Shown: one piece after another, positions 60,472 to 64,000 of the stretch
How positions within the stretch are numbered: position 1 is the stretch's first letter
How the letters are laid out: the number at the start of each line of letters is the position of its first letter
From: Acidobacteriota bacterium
GTDB taxonomy: Bacteria > Acidobacteriota > Thermoanaerobaculia > Gp7-AA8
Direction: 5' to 3'
Length of the DNA: 64,000 bases
Assembly: GCA_019244185.1 (NCBI GenBank)
Contig: JAFATB010000022.1
Span: 1 to 64,000 of the forward strand
Notes under the pieces: model-generated
What the model was told of the DNA's origin: nothing
What the model saw: the letters and a program-made list of their open reading frames with translations, nothing else
Database searches by the model: none
Translations under genes and position numbers: made by a program

Positions 60472-61113
60472 ATGATCCGAAAACTCCTCACCGCGCTCCT
60501 CGCGTCGTGCGCCATCTACGGATTGCCGGCGCTCGCTCATCCGGACATCTTCCGCACGCCGCAGTTCTGGATCCTGATCGCGTTCGCCGTCGGGATCTCC
60601 GCGTTCCAGCCGGCGTACAAGCCGGTCGACGCGTCGGCGCCGAAACACGACCGCGGCACCGCGGCGCAGATCGTCTGGTCGGTGTATCTCACGCAGCTCA
60701 TCGGGATCCTCGAGGCCGTGTTCGTGCGCTATCCCGACAGCTTCCGCTGGGACGCGGTGACGACGGCCGCGCTCGTCCTCATGGCCGCCGGACTGGCGCT
60801 GCGCGTCTGGGCCGTGCTCACGCTCGGCCGCTTCTTCACCTGGTTCATCACGGTGTACGAGGATCACCAGGTGATCCGCACCGGACCGTTCCGCTTCATC
60901 CGCCATCCGTCGTACGGCGGCGCGCTGCTGCTGTTCGTCGGCACGCTGCTCTTCATCCACGCGTGGGTCGGCGCCGCGCTGTCGCTCGCCTTTCAGCTCT
61001 TCGCATACGTCCGCCGCATCCGCTACGAAGAAGCGATGATGATCGAGCGCCTGGGCAAGCCTTACGTCGTGTACACGCGCGAAGTGCGCGCGCTCGTGCC
61101 GCTGCTCTGGTGA
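60472..61113 (+). CDS. Isoprenylcysteine carboxyl methyltransferase (ICMT/PEMT)-family membrane protein
   Basis: LRVWAVLTLGRFF..HQVIRTGPFRFIRHPSY..RIRYEE..Y..Y. Confidence 0.88.
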   Translation: MIRKLLTALLASCAIYGLPALAHPDIFRTPQFWILIAFAVGISAFQPAYKPVDASAPKHDRGTAAQIVWSVYLTQLIGILEAVFVRYPDSFRWDAVTTAALVLMAAGLALRVWAVLTLGRFFTWFITVYEDHQVIRTGPFRFIRHPSYGGALLLFVGTLLFIHAWVGAALSLAFQLFAYVRRIRYEEAMMIERLGKPYVVYTREVRALVPLLW

Positions 61114-63098
61114 CGCGGCCGGAGCTCCGCTTCGAGCTCGTCGTCGATTTCGTTCAGGAACTCGATGAGCTTCGCGGCGAAGAGCTCCGGCCGTTCCTCG
61201 TGTGACGAGACGCTCGCGAACGGAATGATCTCGAGCCGCCGCGCGCCCGGAATCGTGTCGAGCAACTTCCTGCCGTACGACGGCGAGTAGTACGCGTTGT
61301 CGGCGCCCCAGACGATCAGCGTCGGCACGTCGAGCTGCGCGAGCGACTGATTGAGCATCGCGACGTCGTTGTCTCGTAGCGTACGAAAGAAGCGCGTGAG
61401 GTGCCGGCGTCGCGCGGGCGTGCCGGCCACGGTGTCGCGATAGCGGCGGATGCGCTCCGGCGTGAGCAGCGAGCGGTCGTGCACGAGTCTTCCGAAGCCG
61501 AACGACGAGCGCGCGACGAGCGGCACGCGCATCAGCGATGCGAGCAGTGCCGCGCCGCCGGGGATGCGCATCAGTGACGCGAGGCGCGCCGCGTGCGGCG
61601 GCGGCCACGGGCCCTGCGCGTCGGAGTCGGAGAGCGTGAGGCTGCGCACGCAATGCGGCCAGCGCACGGCGAAGAACTCCGCGACGACGCAGCCGCTGTC
61701 GTTGCCCACGATGTGCGCGGACGCGATGCCGAGCGCGGATAACAGCCCGCGCACGCGCGCGGCCTGGGCCGACAGCGTGTAATCGGCGGATGGCGGAGCG
61801 TCGGTGTCGCTGATGCCGAGGGTCTCGATGATGAGAGCGCGGCGTTTCGTGGCCACCACGCGCTCGACGACGGCGTCCCACGCGTGCGCGCCTGCGAAGC
61901 CGTGCAGAAACACGACCGGCGTGCCGCTGCCGATGTCTCGGTACGCGACGTTGACGTCGCCGACCTGATGGAAGCGCTTCTCGGTGAACGCCGGATCGTC
62001 GCGCGTGACGGAGACCGCGTGGATCGCGGCGCGTTCGGAGCGCGGCTGTAACTCGTCGTCGATTGCGATGCTCGGCGCGACGCTGCGCGCATCGGCCGCG
62101 CGCACCGCGGTCTCGAGCCATTGCGCGGGATCGGGACGCGTGAGCGCGAACGGCGCGAGCGCGAGATCGGCGCGATAGGTGTCGAACACCGGCCCCTGAT
62201 GCAACAGTTCGAGACTGCGCGCGGGCAGCATCCACGCGGCGATGCGCGGCAGCAGCAGCGCGCCGCGTTTGCGTCCGCGGCCGCGCGCGGCGATCGCCGC
62301 CGCTTCCTTCACCGGCAGCGACGCGTGCCAGCCGCAGGCGAGATGAAATGTCCCGTCCGCGCCGGCGCAGGCGAGAGAGGCGATCGCGGCGCCCACGTAG
62401 TCGGCGGGAACGAAGTCGATGCGCGCGCGGCCGTCGCCGGGAAGCGCCTTCGACGACGCGAGCGCCGCGAGCAGCGGATACGCGCCGCCGAGGTGGAACG
62501 CGGCGCCGTTCTTCGCGCGGCCGAGCGTATGGCTCGGGCGGTAGATGGTCACGCGATCGCTGACGCGCGACTCGCGCAGCCGCACTTCCGCCTCGAACTT
62601 GCTGCGCTCGTACGCGTTGTGGAAGCGCTGGCCGCAGTCGAGATCGAACTCCGTCAGGAGTCCGCGCCGCGCGCCGCCGACGAAGCCGGTCGACAGATGA
62701 TGCAGGCGCAGCACGGGATTCCGTTCGAGGAGACGGATCCAGTTTTCGACCGGCAGCACGTTCGCCTGGCGCGCGAGCTCGAGGTTCTGATCGGTCGTCT
62801 CGCGTTGCGCGCAATGGATGCCGACGTCGAACGACGCCGCGAGCTCGTCCCACGCGCCGATCGAGAGGCCGAAGCGCGGCAGGCGCAGATCGCCCATGAC
62901 GATCGTGACGCGGCGCGCGAGCGGTCCGACGTACGCTTCGAGATGGCTGATGAGGCGCGTGCGCGCGGCTTCGTCGAACGGCAGCAGCAGGCGCAGCGAA
63001 TCCACGTCGGGATGCGACAGCAGCTCGCGCAGCACCTCCGCGCCGGCGAGCGTCGCCGCGCCGGTGAGCAGGATCCGCGACTTCGGGGTCGGTCTCAC
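61062..63098 (-). CDS. Fusion of thioester-reductase/fatty acyl-CoA reductase-like SDR domain and alpha/beta hydrolase
   Basis: ILLTGAATLAG, GDLRLPRFGL, HCA, YERSK, IYRPS; then FLHGF, GNDSG, PTLIVWGADN; GTG start overlaps the GNAT stop. Confidence 0.82.
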   Translation of the reverse strand: MRPTPKSRILLTGAATLAGAEVLRELLSHPDVDSLRLLLPFDEAARTRLISHLEAYVGPLARRVTIVMGDLRLPRFGLSIGAWDELAASFDVGIHCAQRETTDQNLELARQANVLPVENWIRLLERNPVLRLHHLSTGFVGGARRGLLTEFDLDCGQRFHNAYERSKFEAEVRLRESRVSDRVTIYRPSHTLGRAKNGAAFHLGGAYPLLAALASSKALPGDGRARIDFVPADYVGAAIASLACAGADGTFHLACGWHASLPVKEAAAIAARGRGRKRGALLLPRIAAWMLPARSLELLHQGPVFDTYRADLALAPFALTRPDPAQWLETAVRAADARSVAPSIAIDDELQPRSERAAIHAVSVTRDDPAFTEKRFHQVGDVNVAYRDIGSGTPVVFLHGFAGAHAWDAVVERVVATKRRALIIETLGISDTDAPPSADYTLSAQAARVRGLLSALGIASAHIVGNDSGCVVAEFFAVRWPHCVRSLTLSDSDAQGPWPPPHAARLASLMRIPGGAALLASLMRVPLVARSSFGFGRLVHDRSLLTPERIRRYRDTVAGTPARRRHLTRFFRTLRDNDVAMLNQSLAQLDVPTLIVWGADNAYYSPSYGRKLLDTIPGARRLEIIPFASVSSHEERPELFAAKLIEFLNEIDDELEAELRPRHQSSGTSARTSRVYTT

Positions 63099-64000
63099 AG
63101 GGACACTCCTTGTTCGACGCCGGCGAGCACGTGCGCGGCGGAGTAGCGCGACATCCACCAGCGCTGCAGCGGCAGCGTCGGCTTGAGCAGCGGGTCGTAC
63201 GCCTTGATGTAGAGGTACTGGTCTTCGAGCGTGCCGCCGAGGCGTGTCTTCGGCACGTACGAGCTCTGGCCGAGCCACAGCGTCTGGATGCCGCGCTCGA
63301 TCGCGCGCTGGATGCCGGTGTAGTTGAGCAGGTTGTAAATGAGGCCGCTGTCCGGCAGGTCGTAGTCGATGCCGATGCGTTTGTTCTGCTGCTCGCGCTC
63401 GTCGTAGAAGATCATCAGCGAGCCGGCGATGTGGCCGTCGTTGCGCTCGCAGACGACGAGCTCCGTGCGCGGGCTCCTCGTGCGCGCGCATTCGACGAAG
63501 AAGCGCGGGCCGAGCTCCTCGAACTGGTACTTCGCCTTGAGGAACACCGCGCGATGCAGCGGAAAGACGCGCGGGATCATCGACTCGAAGTCCTCGATCG
63601 CGCGCAGCGTGTACGTTCCCTCGGCCTTGTGGAACTGCTTGCGCGCGTGCTTGCGGCCGTTCTTCGAGAGCTGCTTGGTGAGGTAGTCCTCGAACGACGC
63701 GTACGCGGTGTTGATGCGGATCGTCGGCAGCGAGAAGCCTTCCGTGTAGCCGGCGCGGCGGAACACCGCGCGGTCTTCGGCGGGGAAGTCGCGGTGGATG
63801 TCCTTCAGCATCGCCAGCTGCGCGTGATGCTGTTTGGCCACGCCGTCGAGCGCGCGCAGCAGCAGCTGCAGCGCGGTGGCGTGGTCGGTGAGCTCGGGAT
63901 GCATCGGAATCCAGCCGCGGTCGGAGATGAGGCAGCCGGTGACGGCGACGCGCGTCGCGATCGCAGAGCCGACGCCGCTCACGAGCGCGTCGTAGCCGGT
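63095..64000 (-). CDS. FemAB-like/Acetyltransf_6 GNAT-fold acyltransferase (5' end outside the window)
   Basis: MLKD, SFEDYL..LSKNGRK, IGIDY..YNLL..AIERG..LGQSSYVPKTRLG. Confidence 0.8.
   Translation of the reverse strand, partial: TGYDALVSGVGSAIATRVAVTGCLISDRGWIPMHPELTDHATALQLLLRALDGVAKQHHAQLAMLKDIHRDFPAEDRAVFRRAGYTEGFSLPTIRINTAYASFEDYLTKQLSKNGRKHARKQFHKAEGTYTLRAIEDFESMIPRVFPLHRAVFLKAKYQFEELGPRFFVECARTRSPRTELVVCERNDGHIAGSLMIFYDEREQQNKRIGIDYDLPDSGLIYNLLNYTGIQRAIERGIQTLWLGQSSYVPKTRLGGTLEDQYLYIKAYDPLLKPTLPLQRWWMSRYSAAHVLAGVEQGVSL

Overview
Very GC-rich bacterial DNA (roughly 70% by eye), densely coding. I saw no rRNA, tRNA, CRISPR array or integrase/transposase. IPTL-CTERM/DUF11 surface proteins, a TIGR03118-like gene and the general gene content suggest Acidobacteriota (Thermoanaerobaculia-like); this is inference. 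All family assignments come from motif recognition, not database searches. Main blocks: (1) 1-5.9 kb small regulators and enzymes, including a winged-helix + two DUF5985-like membrane protein triad. (2) 6-15 kb toxin island: a Vps62-like three-repeat protein, a ~2090-aa SpvB/FG-GAP/Rhs protein, then a frameshifted Rhs-core + HExxH module with a lipoprotein partner, bounded by a 15-bp direct repeat. (3) A 16 x 21-bp minisatellite whose variants are synonymous in only one frame (xxSGFHA). (4) A P460-like hexaheme cytochrome, DUF885, and a GH1/PAP2/PHP/ceramide-glucosyltransferase-like cluster. (5) A 7-gene operon joining PspA/IM30 (ESCRT-III superfamily), a membrane-anchored solute-binding protein fused to an OmpA peptidoglycan-binding domain, an ABC permease and ATPase, a TM/coiled-coil protein and an AAA+ ATPase, divergent from a BlaI-BlaR1-serine hydrolase unit. 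This is the best candidate for an under-described system. (6) A hybrid histidine kinase and an ExeM-like nuclease adhesin. (7) A 49-64 kb lipid/isoprenoid-flavoured region with two ABA4-like genes, SnoaL-FN3, an FAD oxidoreductase, an ABC1 kinase divergent from two very basic small proteins, ICMT, a reductase-hydrolase fusion and a GNAT.
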